Source: Octopus sinensis (lineage: Eukaryota). From it: a stretch of DNA of 64,000 nucleotides. This document shows, in pieces, positions 13,304-25,826 of the stretch. A program made the translations under genes and the position numbers. The stretch's first letter is position 1; the number at the start of each line of letters is the position of its first letter. The notes under the pieces were generated by a model. That model did not search any database and was not told where the DNA came from. It saw only the letters and a list, made by a program, of their open reading frames with translations. Location of the stretch: positions 14,570,001 through 14,634,000 of the forward strand of contig NC_043021.1 of assembly GCF_006345805.1 (NCBI RefSeq). The letters run 5' to 3'.

Positions 13304-13346
13304 TTACAGTTGAAAAGGTCTCAAATGACCGAAACCGGTACTGAAA
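13304..13346 (+). ncRNA. Minimal type I hammerhead ribozyme motif, U3:A8 core variant
   Basis: CAG-UUGAAAA-GGUC(UCAAAU)GACC-GAAA-CCGG-UA-CUG, with a palindromic ACCGGU stem III. Confidence 0.6.
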
Positions 13347-13431
13347 TGTTCTTTATAAAATTATTTTAGCATTTTCTATCTTGACTTGTTTTTTCATACA
13401 TATATATATATATATATATATATACATACAT

Positions 13432-13765
13432 CATGGCACTCCGTCAGTTACGACGACGAGGGTTCCAGTTGATCCAATCAACGGAACAGCCTGCTCGTGA
13501 AATTAATGTCTATGTGGCTGAGCACTCCACAGACACGTGTACCCTTAATGTAGTTCTCGGGGAGATTCAGCGTGACAAGTCTGATCCTTTGAGATACAGA
13601 TACAACAGAAGCAGGAAGAAAGAGTGATAGAAAGTTGTGGTAAAAGAGTACAGCAGGGTTCGCCACCATCCCCTGCCAGGGCCTCGTGGAGCTTTAGGTA
13701 TTTTCACTCAATAAACACTCACAACCGCGAGTCCACCACCCTAACCACTGGGCCATTGCACCTCC
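13432..13765 (-). mobile_element. SINE family B copy
   Basis: Colinear with 9873-10254, with internal deletions. Confidence 0.85.
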
Positions 13766-14413
13766 ACAAACACACACGTGTGTGTGTGTGTGTATGGGTG
13801 TACGCATGTATGTGAGTGTGTATATGTGTATATATACACAATTTAAATTAATATGTGCCTATTTGTATGGACCCGTTTGCATTCTTATAATCTATTTTCA
13901 CTGAAGTAATTCTCTCGCCGATTATAATAATTTTTACAAACGAATAAATGAAATCTGTTTGTTTTCCTTATACTGACGTAGATGTATTATGCATACACAC
14001 ATAATTAATTATGAATGTACGAAGATACTTGTGTAAACTTGTATTTATGTAGATGCGGTCTACCACTTTGTCAAACAGTATAGCCATAGTTATCTACCTT
14101 AAATGTTCAGTAAAGGAAACCAATTTTTCCATTATATGGTCATTAACAACAAATTGAACTGAAAGCTGAGCCTTTAGAACTAATATTTTTCTTCGTCATA
14201 GATATACCCTTGACCACAGCAGTGACTCTAAGAAGAAAATTTTAAAATAGGATCTTTTCACTTTGACTGGCAGATCTTAAAATATAATTTTTTTGTAACT
14301 AAACACTTTTAAACTTCGTATACTGGTAGAATGTGTCACATAAAACATATTTTTCTCTTGGTGTTCTTGAGAAAATTCTGTAGTTTGTAAGCTATTTGTT
14401 GTTAAATTTCTCG

Positions 14414-14948
14414 TTTTTCAGCAATTTCAACCAATCAATGACGTCTGTTGAGGTGAATACAATTACTGCTGTTGTTCGTCAACAAAAACAGTGACACACA
14501 CACACACACACTCGCATACATACATAGATACACATACACACAATTTCTTGTTTTTCAGCAATTTCAACCAATCAATGACGTCTGTTGAGGTGAATACAAT
14601 TACTGCTGTTGTTCGTCAACAAAAACAGTGACACACACACACACACACACTCGCGTACATACATAGATACACATACACACAATTTCTTGTTTTTCAGCAA
14701 TTTCAACCAATCAATGACGTCTGTTGAGGTGAATACAATTACTGCTGTTGTTCGTCAACAAAAACAGTGACACACACACACACTCTCGCGTACATACATA
14801 GATGCACATACACACAATTTCTTGTTTTTCAGCAATTTCAACCAATCAATGACGTCTGTTGAGGTGAATACAATTACTGCTGTTGTTCGTCAACAAAAAC
14901 AGTGACACACACACACTCGCGTACATACATAGATACACATACACACAA
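14414..14948. repeat. Four ~137 bp tandem units (repeat end plus CA microsatellite)
   Basis: TTTTTCAGCAATTTCAACCAATCAATGACGTC starts at 14414, 14551, 14690 and 14825. Confidence 0.9.
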
Positions 14949-15013
14949 ATGAAAGGTAATGACCGTGTGTGCTGTTCACTGACAAAACTTCATGGTGCAT
15001 CACCTTTGTGAAG

Positions 15014-15066
15014 TTTTGTCAGTGAACCGGTTGCGGTTTCAAGGCGACGAAAATATTTTAACAAAA
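15014..15066 (+). ncRNA. Degenerate copy of the G3:C8 hammerhead motif
   Basis: UUUUGUCA-GUGAACC-G-GUUGC(loop)GCGAC-GAAA-AUAU-UU-UAACAAAA. Same family as 34731-34780, with A9C and one stem I mismatch. Confidence 0.5.
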
Positions 15067-15224
15067 ATGAAGTTTTAATGTTGAAGTGAAACTAACGGTA
15101 TTTGTGTGTTCTTGTTTGGTTTACAATCATCTTCCACCTAGCAATTGTTTTTGTTTCAGCATATGATTGCAGATCAAGTCACTTGCTATGCAAGTACATC
15201 TCCGTAATTTTTTTTAAAATCACT

Positions 15225-16334
15225 GTGGATAAATGCCAGCAATGACCTTCTCAGGCTCTCCAATATTTTAATTTCTAAACAGAAACAATCGGGGTGCAGG
15301 GAGTGGGGTTGCAAAAAATTCATAATTTCTAAAATTTTCTTTTTTATAGCATATAAAAGTATTTATGGGCAAAATATTGAAAAGCATTAATACATGCGAG
15401 GGTGATAAAGAAAAGTGTCTTTGGATGTGCTAGAAGCAACAGCCAAATCACTCTTAAATCACTTTTCCCTCTGAAAATATTAACAATTTGAAAAAATTAT
15501 TTTGAAAAAAATGGTTTTGAAGTGCCAAAAAAAAAATTGGCCAAAATAGGTCCAGAGTGGGATGGTGAGGGAGGGAGGGGTGTAAAAAAAAAGTTTTCAA
15601 AAACATTTTTCATACAAAGATGCCACCCTCATCATTTCGAAGGCTGTGGTTTTCAAAAAATGGGGAAAAATCCCCGAAAAAATTCTTCCCACACACTTCT
15701 TTATAATTGTAATCTATGCCGTTTGAAAGAGATTTGTATAAATTTTTATTAAAAGATACCCATCCTCCTGAAAATTATGAGGGAAAAAAGTCAGATCGTG
15801 TGAATTTTCTGAAACTCCTCTCTCCACGCCCTCACAAAATTTCTTTCCCACAAATCCCTATATATTCTGAAGCCACAATATCTAAGTGGTATTTGTAGAA
15901 AATTTTGTTAAAAAGTATCCATTTTTCTGGATGTTATGAAGCAACAAAGTCAGGGGCATATACATCTGTAGCAATGCCCTTTTATTTATATGTTTTTTTT
16001 TCATTTCATGTTTATTTCATTCATTTTTTGCAATGTTCTCTTTCACACACACACCGCAAAGCTTACAGATGGGCTGCTGAACTGAAATCTCAATGTTGTT
16101 TTGAGGGGAAGGTAAATTTTAACAAACTGCTTCTCCCTCTGTTGTTGGACTACCGTGATGTTTGTTTACAAAAGAGAGATTATGTCTGTGATAAAATAAA
16201 GAAAGAAATATTTACTAAGCAAGTGAGCAATAATTAGATGTAAAATATAAAGATTATCAGAAATGGGAATCAAAGATGAAAATAATATCAAGGGGCTAGC
16301 AGAAAAACTGCCCGGAGGGCAGTCTTTCTGCTAG
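15225..16334 (+). mobile_element. ~1.1 kb dispersed repeat ending in an 18 bp hairpin and CTAG (Helitron-like end)
   Basis: Colinear reverse-complement copy at ~49173-50285. Terminal hairpin at 16296-16334. Confidence 0.6.
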
Positions 16335-16760
16335 TACACATTAATGTATTTGCACATATATATGTGTGGATGTATGTATATATGTAAGTATATGCCTGTA
16401 TGTATGTATGTATATATATATATATATGGATGTACAAGATACATATATATGTGTGTGTGTACGTGTACACATGCGTACTTGCATATATAAAAATTTTCAT
16501 AACTTTATTTATACCTTATAAATGAATATTCCATTCTTTTATTAATTATAAACTTACCTCATTTACATTTAAATTTTCTCTATTTAATTTATTCATTTAT
16601 TGTTCTAATTATATTTACCAACTATATCGTATCTCCAGTCAACTTGTAAACCCCTCGCTTGAACATATAACAATACAAAAACCAATGACAAACCATATCA
16701 TTCAGTCTGCTATAATGAATCTATAAAAACACAAAACATCCAAGGGCTTTTTTTTTTCTA

Positions 16761-16796
16761 TATTTCTGATGAAGAGCTCCACTTGAAACGTGAAAT
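16761..16796 (+). ncRNA. Hammerhead-like motif with canonical CUGAUGA but decayed stem II and G at the cleavage site
   Basis: AUUU-CUGAUGA-AGAGCUCCACUU-GAAA-CG-UG-AAAU. Confidence 0.4.
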
Positions 16797-16895
16797 CCTC
16801 TTTCTTCTTTTTCCTTTCCTGAGCATCCAATAACACTGTACTTATTCCACATCTTCGCGTTGTTGTTTTTTCTTGCTTGTTCATGTTTGGATTGA

Positions 16896-16937
<42 letters not shown>

Positions 16938-17272
16938 ATAATATGAGGGAATATTATTTCAAACTTATATAAACTTATTATAAGATATGTTTTATTTTAT
17001 ATCTAATCTTTCTGTAATATGTAATTTTTCTAAATGGTATAATTTCAGTTTTCATTATTGAATTGATATAAGATGGGTTTTTTTCTAATATATATATATA
17101 TATATTATATATATATATAATATATATATATATATGGATCAGGCAGTTTGATTCAAACTCCTTGGTACTCTGAGTTTTAAGCATGTTGCTAGTCATCAGC
17201 CATCAGGAGTCTCCTCATACATAGAACCCCTAGTAAATGTGTTGAGTGTCCTTTCATTTGTCTACTAACTTG

Positions 17273-17329
<57 letters not shown>

Positions 17330-17736
17330 ATGTGGATGAATTATATACATAAAATATATTAAATATATCAACTGTAATAGTTTGGTTATTAAATACAAAA
17401 TATATGTATATACATGCAAAACAAAAAAAGGCAAACGGTGGAGTCTTTCAGATGATGAGTTTTAAGTATTTATATTAATAACTCCAACTCACACAGAACA
17501 CAAGGAGTAGAGAAAATTAGAGGAGTAGAAGCAAGGTGTTATAAGTTCAACAGCTGTTTCTGGGTGCTCAGATCCATAATAATGTTGGTTGATGTAGTCC
17601 ATCACAATATGCAGCTGTAATGGATACAATCAACACTGGATAAGACGAGCCTCCATAATCAGGTTAGAGAAGATCTCACATTTCAGATCCTGTGTGGAGG
17701 GGAGTAGCTTAGTGGTTAAGGAGTTACACTCTAGAT

Positions 17737-17955
17737 CAGTGGTTTTCAACCAGGGTTCCGCGGAACCTTAGGCTTCCGCCAGTACAGTCCAGGGGTTCCG
17801 CAAGAAGTTACAAAACTGCTAAAATCGGCAGTAATTTTTAATTCTCCTGTGCAGATATGTGTGCATAAGACTATTAAATTATTGCACAGGGGTTCCTCGA
17901 GCCAGTGGACTGTTTCCTTGGGGTTCCGCTCCAGCAAAAAGTTTGAAAAGCACTG
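17737..17955. mobile_element. hAT (Charlie-type) MITE with 8 bp TSD, inserted in a SINE tRNA head
   Basis: TIRs CAGTGGTTTTCAA and TTGAAAAGCACTG. TSD CTCTAGAT at 17729-17736 and 17956-17963. Confidence 0.9.
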
Positions 17956-18562
17956 CTCTAGATTATAAGATTATATTTTTGATTCCTGGACCGGGTGATA
18001 TGTCGTGTTCATGTTGCTCCAGTCCACTCAGCTGGCAAAACTGAGTAATTGTGCTATGGGTCAGTGTCCCATCCAGAAGGTGCGGTCTATATATGCCACA
18101 GAATATCGCCCTGGAAGAACCTTTGCTCCTGTTGATATATAAATATAAAGGCGCAGGAGTGGCTGTGTGGTAAGAAGTTTGATTTCCAACCACATGGTTC
18201 CAGGTTCAGTTCCACTGCGTGGCACCTTGGGCAAGTGTCTTCTACTATAGCCTCGGGCCGACCAAAGCCTTGTGAGTGGTTTTGGTAGACGGAAACTGAA
18301 AGAAGCCCGTCGTATATGTGTGTTTGTGTTTGTCCCCCCCCACCGTTGCTTGACAACTGATGCTGGTGTGACTGTCTCCAACGTAACGTAGCTGTTCGGC
18401 AATACAGACCAATGGAATAAGTACTAGGCTTACAATGAATGTCCTGGTATCTATTTGTTCGGCTAAAAGCGGTGCTCCAGGATGGCCGCAGTCAAATGAA
18501 TGAAACAAAAGAAAATATATATATATATATGTTTATTGGTGCCTTGTACCATTTAGCTACCT

Positions 18563-18603
<41 letters not shown>

Positions 18604-18606
<3 letters not shown>

Positions 18607-19000
18607 GAGGCGCAATGGCCCAATGGTTAGGGCAGCAGACTCGCGGTTGTAGAATCGTGGTTTCGATTCCCAGAGTGTTTATTGAGCGAAAACAACTAAA
18701 GCTCCACGAGGCTTCGGCAGGGGTGGTGGCGATCCCTGCTGTACTCTTTCGCCACAACTTTCTCTCACTCTTTCTTCTGTTGGCCTGCTCGCTTAGCCAG
18801 CGGGGTGGTGTCATTTGAAGACTAAAACAGTGCAAAGCGCATTGTGACCAGCGATGTTTAGCAACATCTGATAGCCTGGTCGGTCATGGTGATGGTGGTG
18901 ATATATATATATCATCACCATCACCATGACCGACCAGGCTATCAGATGTTGCTAGACATCGCTGGTCACAATGCGCTTTGCACTGTTTTAGTCTTCAAAT
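18604..19000 (+). mobile_element. SINE family B variant whose 3' tail is duplicated as a 188 bp palindrome
   Basis: tRNA head at 18604. Region 18813-18906 is the reverse complement of 18907-19000 with 2 mismatches. Confidence 0.85.
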
Positions 19001-19369
19001 ATATATATATATATATAATATATATATATATATATACACACATATATTTATATTTAGTTATATATTTATATTTATATTTAGTTAAGTCTATGTCCGGTCA
19101 TAGAGTGACCAATGGTTTTGCATCCATTAAAGGGCTTAGCCCTATGGATGTCTCAACAGACTAACGGGTGAAGACCATATAATTCTTCAAACCCCGCAGA
19201 TACAAATCCATTACAGCCAGTTTATGAGTAAACATGGAATAAAGTATCTGGTTCAGCAAGGATGGATTATCTCCCTTCGACCAGTCAATATGGACAAAAA
19301 CAAAAACAAAAATCGAATGGAAAACTACCCTTAGGTTTCTTTTAGTTTCTATACACACATGTGCACATA

Positions 19370-19573
19370 TACGAGAGCGTGCTGAAAAGTTCCTGGCTTT
19401 GAGTAAAAGAAAATACAGGAGGATCAGTTAATTATGATCTTATTCAATATATTTCCCTCTCAGATTCACACAGTTTTTGCAGCAGTCGTTCGGTTTTTCT
19501 AAGCCCTGTAAAAGAAATCGGAATGTTTTCCGCAATACCCTTAAAGCCACCAACTTGGCAGTACCCTCTCGTA
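19370..19573. mobile_element. mariner-derived MITE with TA TSD
   Basis: Imperfect TIRs TACGAGAGCGTGCTGAAAAGTTCCTGGCTTT and AAAGCCACCAACTTGGCAGTACCCTCTCGTA. Confidence 0.8.
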
Positions 19574-19611
19574 CATACGTATGTATGTGCATATATACGT
19601 ATGTGCATACA

Positions 19612-19651
<40 letters not shown>

Positions 19652-19699
19652 TATACATACATATGCATATACCATACAGACAGCAAGAGGGAAATTTGC

Positions 19700-22468
19700 T
19701 AGTTGTCAAATATATATTTCTTTACTGCCCACAAGGGGCCAAACGTTAGAGGGGACAAACAAGGACCGACAAAGGGATTAAGTCGATTACATCGACCCCA
19801 GTTGGAAACTGGTACTTTATTTATTGACCCCGAAAGGATGAAAGGCAAAGTCGACCTCGGCAGAATTTGAACTCAGAACGTAACGACAGACGAAATACGG
19901 CTACGCATTTCACTCGGCATGCTAACGTTTCTTATTTCTTTATTGCCCACAAGGGGCTAAACACAGAGGGGACAAACAAGGACAGACAAAGGGATTAAGT
20001 CGATTACATCGACCCCAGTTGGAAACTGGTACTTTATTTATTGACCCCGAAAGGACGAAAGGCAAAGTCGACCTCGGCGGAATTTGAACTCAGAACGTAA
20101 CGACAGACGAAATACGGCTACACATTTCGCCCGGCGTGCTAACGTTTCTGCCAGCTCGCCGCCTTTAATATAGCCTATTAATGAGCTTTGTTATTTAAAT
20201 GTACATAACAATGTTTGTCCTTTTTAAACATATATGTCACAACAATATCTAACTATTCATTTAGTCTTTTAAATAATGTCATTCAGATGTCAGACACTCT
20301 GCACTGTTTCACACATGTATTTCTAATCTAACCTCGAGAGCTATAATGCACAGCACACTGTACCATGAGGTTTGGCTTCCATTTCCCGAAAATCACTTAC
20401 CACCAGTTCATTCTTTGTGTAGATATTTTAATAGCGAAAGGCGGCGAGCTGGCAAAAACGTTTGTACACCGAACGAAATGCTGAGTAGTATTTCATCTCC
20501 TGTTATGTTCTAAGTTCAAATCCTGCCGAGGGCGACTTTGCCTTTTATCTTTTCGGGGTCAATAAATTAAGTACCGGTTGCATACTGAGGCTGATCTAAT
20601 CGACTGGTCCCCTCCCCCAAAATTTCGGGCTTTGTGCCTAGAGTAGAAAAGATATATTATTGGTGAAAGGTGGCGAGATGGCAGAAATGTTAGCACGCCG
20701 GGCGAAATGCTTAGCGGTATTTCATCTGCTGCTATGTTCTGAGTTCAAATTCCGCCGAGGTCGACTTTGCCCTTCATCCTTTCGGGGTCGATTAAATAAG
20801 TACCAGTTATGCACTGGGGTCGATATAATCGACTTAATCTGTTTGTCTGTCCTTGTTTGTCCCCTCTGTCTTTAGCCCCTTGTGGGTAATAAAGAAATAG
20901 GTATTTCCTCCGCTGTTATGTTCTAAGTTCAAATTCCGCCAAGGGCGACTTTGCCCTTTATCCTTTCGGGGTCAATTAATTCAGTACCAGTTGCGTACTG
21001 AGGCCGATCTAATCCACTGGCCCTCTCCTCCAAAATTTCGGGCCTTGTGCCTAGAGTAGAAAGGATATATTGTCGGCAAACACTTTTCTTTTGAAGTAAA
21101 CTTAACAGAAATTTTCACAAATGCCAAGCTTAGGTGATCGAATAAGGGTTGGGATCAATGAAATAGGGACGAGTCAAGCACTGGGGTTGATGTAATTGAC
21201 TGACCTCCTCCCAATAAATTTCATGCTTTGTGCCTTAGTAAGAAGGATTGTTATAATAATTGTTATCATCTTTCAGTTTTCTTTCTGTTTCTTGCCGAGT
21301 GTCTTCCTGACACCTAGGACAGAGAAACTCACTGCATGCAATGGCAGACCATAAAAATAAAGACACCAGATTGTTCATTTACAAAGTCACATGATGGAGA
21401 AAAAGGGGAAGAGAAGGCAACAAGCTGGCAGAATTGTTAGCACGCTGGGTGTTTCGTCCGTGGTGGCAGAAACGTTAGCACGCCGGGCGAAACGCTTTGC
21501 AGTATTTCGTCTACCGTTACGTTCTGAGTTCAAATTCCGCCGAGGTCAACTTTTCCTTTCATCCTTTCGAGGTCGATAAATTAAGTACCAGTTACGCACT
21601 GGGGTCGATATAATCGACTTAATCCCCTTGTCTGTCCTTGTTTATCCCCTCTGTGTTTAGCCCCTTGTGGGTAGTAAAGAAATAGGTATTTCGTCTGGCT
21701 TTACTTTCTGAGTTCAAATTCCACTGAGGTCGACTTTGCCTTTCGTGCATTTGCAGGTCTATAAAATACGTACCAGTTGAGTATTTGGGGGAGTGGGGGG
21801 GGGGGGGGTCAATGAAATCGATTATCTCCTCTCCTAAATTTCCAGGCCTTGTGCCTATAGTAGAAGGGATTATTATTATTATTATTATTACTATTGAGTG
21901 AGAGAGCAGTTCATGCCATCAAAGTGACACTGGGGTAAAATATACGAAGCCCAATATACCCATTACGACTACCCGTCTGATAAGGGTACACCAGGCTCAT
22001 GCATCACAACCATATGTGCACGACATGGTGATCTCATATCAAGATAAACAGCACATGACCTTGCAGGTGGGGCCCAGTTAGAATTTTCTTCAGGTTGAGT
22101 AGCCCATCCCGCTCAAAAGGTCCCTGAATAAGGGTTGTTTAAGGATGTTGAAAGAACCACCCATGTTTCCAGAGGTGAATTATTCAAACCACAAAGAATC
22201 CCTCTCAACACATGGCTATGATACTCCCCCACTACTTCTGCTCGTGATCAGAGATGCACATATCATCAGCCACTAAGGGACATGCTCAACTGGTTAAGGT
22301 CAAACAACTGACAAGCAAATCTGTGGCATTGAGCAGAATATTTGCTGTAGCCCATCTTTTATACCAAGACAAAACAATGTACATGATAACACTTCCAATC
22401 AGTTAAGATCAGAAGCCATGAGAGCCACTGTCTGGTACTGCATCAGGGCATTTATACTGCATCAGGGC

Positions 22469-22507
<39 letters not shown>

Positions 22508-23230
22508 CATCATCATCATCAGGGTGGCAAACTAGCAGAATCAGTAGGGTACCAGGCAAAATGCTTAGTGGCATGTTGTCTGTCTTTACATTCTGAGTTC
22601 AAATTCCACCGAGGTCAAATTTACCTTTCATCCTTTGTGCCAATAAGTTAGGTAATACTTAAGTACTAGGGATTGACTAGGTCTCTCCCATCAAAATTTC
22701 AGGCCTTGTTCCTATTGTAGAAAGAATTATTATTATTATTTATGTTTTTATTGCCCACACGGGGGCTAAACATAGAGAGGACAAACAAGGACAGACAAAG
22801 AGATTAAATCGATTAGATCGATCCCAGTGCATAACTGGTACTTATTTAATCAGTCCCGAAAGGATGAAAGGCAAAGTCAACCTCGGCAGAATTTGAACTC
22901 AGAACATAAAGACAGACGAAATACCACTACGCATTTTGCCCGGCATGCTAACATTTCTGCCAGCTTGCCTTAATATTGTTATTATTATTACTATTATTAT
23001 TATTATTATTATTACTATTATTATTATTATTATTATTATTATCATCATTCTTATTAAAGGCGGCGAGCTGGCAGAAACAATAGCATGCCAGGCTCATCTG
23101 TCTTTACATTCTGAGTTCAAATTCCGCTGAGGTCGGCTTTGCCTTTCATCCTTAAATTAAGTACCAGTTGCGTACTGGGGTCAATCTAACCTACTGCCCA
23201 CCCTCCAAAAATTTCGGGCCTTGTGCCCTG
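19700..23230. mobile_element. Dense cluster of tRNA-derived SINEs with a shared core, including tandem partial dimers
   Basis: About 10 copies of TCTGAGTTCAAATTCC...GGTCGACTTTGCCTTTCATCC...AAGTACCAG on both strands, often ending in (ATT)n. The core resembles the Meta/MESC-type SINE domain (tentative). Confidence 0.85.
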
Positions 23231-23266
23231 AGTAGAAAAGATAATTATTATCATTATTATTATTAC

Positions 23267-23297
<31 letters not shown>

Positions 23298-23804
23298 GGG
23301 CATAAATCAATATCACAAAGTATATTTAAATTTTTTTTTTCAGAATTATGTACAAAATATTTTATGATTTTGAGTTATGTCATTGCATGTTCTGTGTTCA
23401 AATCATGCCAAGGTCAGTTGGCTTTATCTTTCATCCTTCCAATCCAATGTCAATAAGATAAATGCCAGCCAAGTACTGGAGTTAAACTAATCTGACTTAA
23501 TCCCCTATATCTACAATACCTTAAACAATGGGTGACCTTAGGCTCATGAGAGAAGCTTTTGTTGTTGTTGCTTTGGAAAGTGGGGAGAGGTAGAGAGAAA
23601 TGGCAGGGTGAGAGAGAACCAGGTAGACAGAAAGAGAATCAGAGAGGGAGGGAGGGAGAGAGAGTGAGAGTGAGAGAAAGATATGTTAAAAGAGAGACAT
23701 TAATCTCTGTATTACGTTTATACTGAAATATACTTATTTCTGTATTATCAAGACAATGGAAGAAATAAGCGCACACATACACACATGCAAACATGCACTC
23801 ACAC

Positions 23805-24530
23805 AGGGGCCAGGGCTGAAAAGTTCCTGGCTTTAAGGGTGTTGCAAAAGGCCCAGTTCGAGGCCCAACCTTCTGAGTTCAATTACAGGGCTCAGAAAAA
23901 CTGAAGGACCGCTGCAATAAGTGTGTGAATCTGAGAAGGGAATATCTATATATATAAAACTCTAGTTGTGTGAGTGTCTGTCCCCTTCGATTTAGATTCC
24001 TAACTCCTCCCACATTTTGCGGTGCAGTTTAACCAAATTCGGTTATCTTATAGTCGTGATTCATATCGAGCCCGTCTGAGTATTAGCGTGCGTCAACGAT
24101 GAGTCTACGATTTTAAAAATAATTTAACATCATTTTTTATTCCATTTTAATGCATAATTTTTCGTGTGTCGATGGCGGCGGAGTTGGCGTCCACGCTCAC
24201 AGCTGCACCTGTTTGCTTCCCCTTCTTCCCTCCCTCGTGAAGCTGTGGGGAAGGGAGTGTAAAGAAATCAACGTCGTAATGCGTTGTCAAGGGGACCAGC
24301 GTTCTTTTAGAACAACGACTTCATGGCTTGAAGACACCAAAACAGAAATGGCTAAGAAAGCCCAAATTGGCATCTATAAGGGAAGTAACTCTCTAAAAAT
24401 GCTTATATAGTTATTTCCCTTACAAACCCGAGCAACGCCAGGCAATACTGCTAGTGTTGAATAAAATCATAATTAACTGATCCTGCTGTATTTTCTTTTA
24501 CCCAAAGCCAGGAACGTATTTATGTATGTA
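23805..24530. mobile_element. mariner MITE (same family as 19370-19573) split by a Helitron
   Basis: Rejoining the flanks gives CTGAGAAGGGAATA|TGTTGAATAAAATC, matching the uninterrupted MITE. Confidence 0.75.
23945..24454 (+). mobile_element. Non-autonomous Helitron
   Basis: 5' TC and 3' CTAG ends, inserted at A|T without a TSD, with a subterminal CCCGAGCAACGCC(A)GG hairpin. Confidence 0.85.
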
Positions 24531-24544
24531 CATATGTACGTATA

Positions 24545-24960
24545 CTGTGGTTGCTCAAAGTTTGAAAGAGCGAGAATGAAGCAGGAGAGGATCAGGAGAA
24601 AGCTCAGAAAGAGCGACCCAGTAGAAAATGAAGAAGTATTGTTTTTCACGTGTGTGATTTATGGAGGGAAATGCTTGAGTCATGAGGGCCTGGTCAGCCA
24701 TCAAAGAAGCCATAGGGGAGCCACACCCTTGTAAATTATGATACGGCTATTGTTCACAGCAGACCATGCGCAACCTGTGGAAAGGTGTGCCGTTCAGTCT
24801 GGCGATTAAAAAACGTGTCAAATGACTTCATATTGTGGCACTCGTTCCTTCTGTCAGCCAGTGCAACTGCGCATTATGCAACAAAACATGCAGATCTTTG
24901 GTGTGGCTCAAGAGTCATATAAGGGCCTCACATTTCATTATCAATGACTCATTTCAATGT
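24545..24960 (+). mobile_element. RTE-type LINE C-terminal remnant with three C2H2 zinc-finger-like motifs
   Basis: FERARMKQERIRRKLRK...CVIYGGKCLSHEGLVSHQRSH; CATCGKVCRS; CALCNKTCRSLVWLKSHIRASH. Confidence 0.65.
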
Positions 24961-25134
24961 TTCTTTCTAGCAGTGGCTTCGCTCGTATATGAGAAAGCAG
25001 CCACTTTATACGGCGGCGAGCTGGCAGAAACGTTAGCACGCCGGGCGAAATGCGTAGCCGTATTTCATCTGCCGTTACGTACTGAGTTCAAATTCTGCCG
25101 AGGTCGACTTTGCTTTTCATCCTTTCGGGGTCGA

Positions 25135-25362
25135 TTAACCCTTTTGTTACCGTATTCCTGTTGAGATGCTCTGTGTTTCTTTCAATTATTTTAAATATAA
25201 CAAAGAATTTAGTAAAATAACTTGGTTATCATTCAGCTGGTGTTAGGTACATAAATTGTGACTAAAGTTTGGTGGAAGATTTTAATTCAAAACTTATGAA
25301 AACAAGGTATTTGTACCCAGAACCAGAGCCGGTTTCAGCCGGGTTGGTAACGAAAGGGTTAA
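25135..25362. mobile_element. piggyBac-type MITE with TTAA TSD inside a SINE
   Basis: TTAA-CCCTTTTGTTACC...GGTAACGAAAGGG-TTAA. The flanks rejoin to the SINE consensus GGGGTCGATTAAATAAGTACCAG. Confidence 0.9.
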
Positions 25363-25779
25363 ATAAGTACCAGTTACGCACTGGGGTCGATATAATCGAC
25401 TTAATCCGTTTGTCTGTCCTTGTTTGTCCCCTCCTGTGTGTGGCCCCTTGTGGGTAGTAAAGAAATGCACTTTATACGTATGTGTGTATACAGAAGTCAG
25501 GTAATATGTCATCTGATGATGTAAGACGATGGGTATCTTCCATTAGCTTTCAGATTGACTTGCTGCCCGAAACCCCAACTTGAACTACGAATGAGGTCAG
25601 CAGGAGTGTTACAACTGCTGAATGAAGTCTGTCTGTAGGCAGTGTTTCAACTGAGCAGGTTCATGCATAATAGGATAAAAGTATAAACAGACCAAACAAC
25701 TGACACCAGATCAGATTATATCTGTTCATAGCTGTAAACACAACAGCTCAAGTTGTTGATTGTGTTTAGATCAGAAGAA

Positions 25780-25826
<47 letters not shown>

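Noticed and set aside
21900-22460. ~560 bp compositionally distinct block between (TTA)n runs
   Set aside because: It is probably an interspersed repeat, but it has no second copy, ORF or terminal signature in this window.
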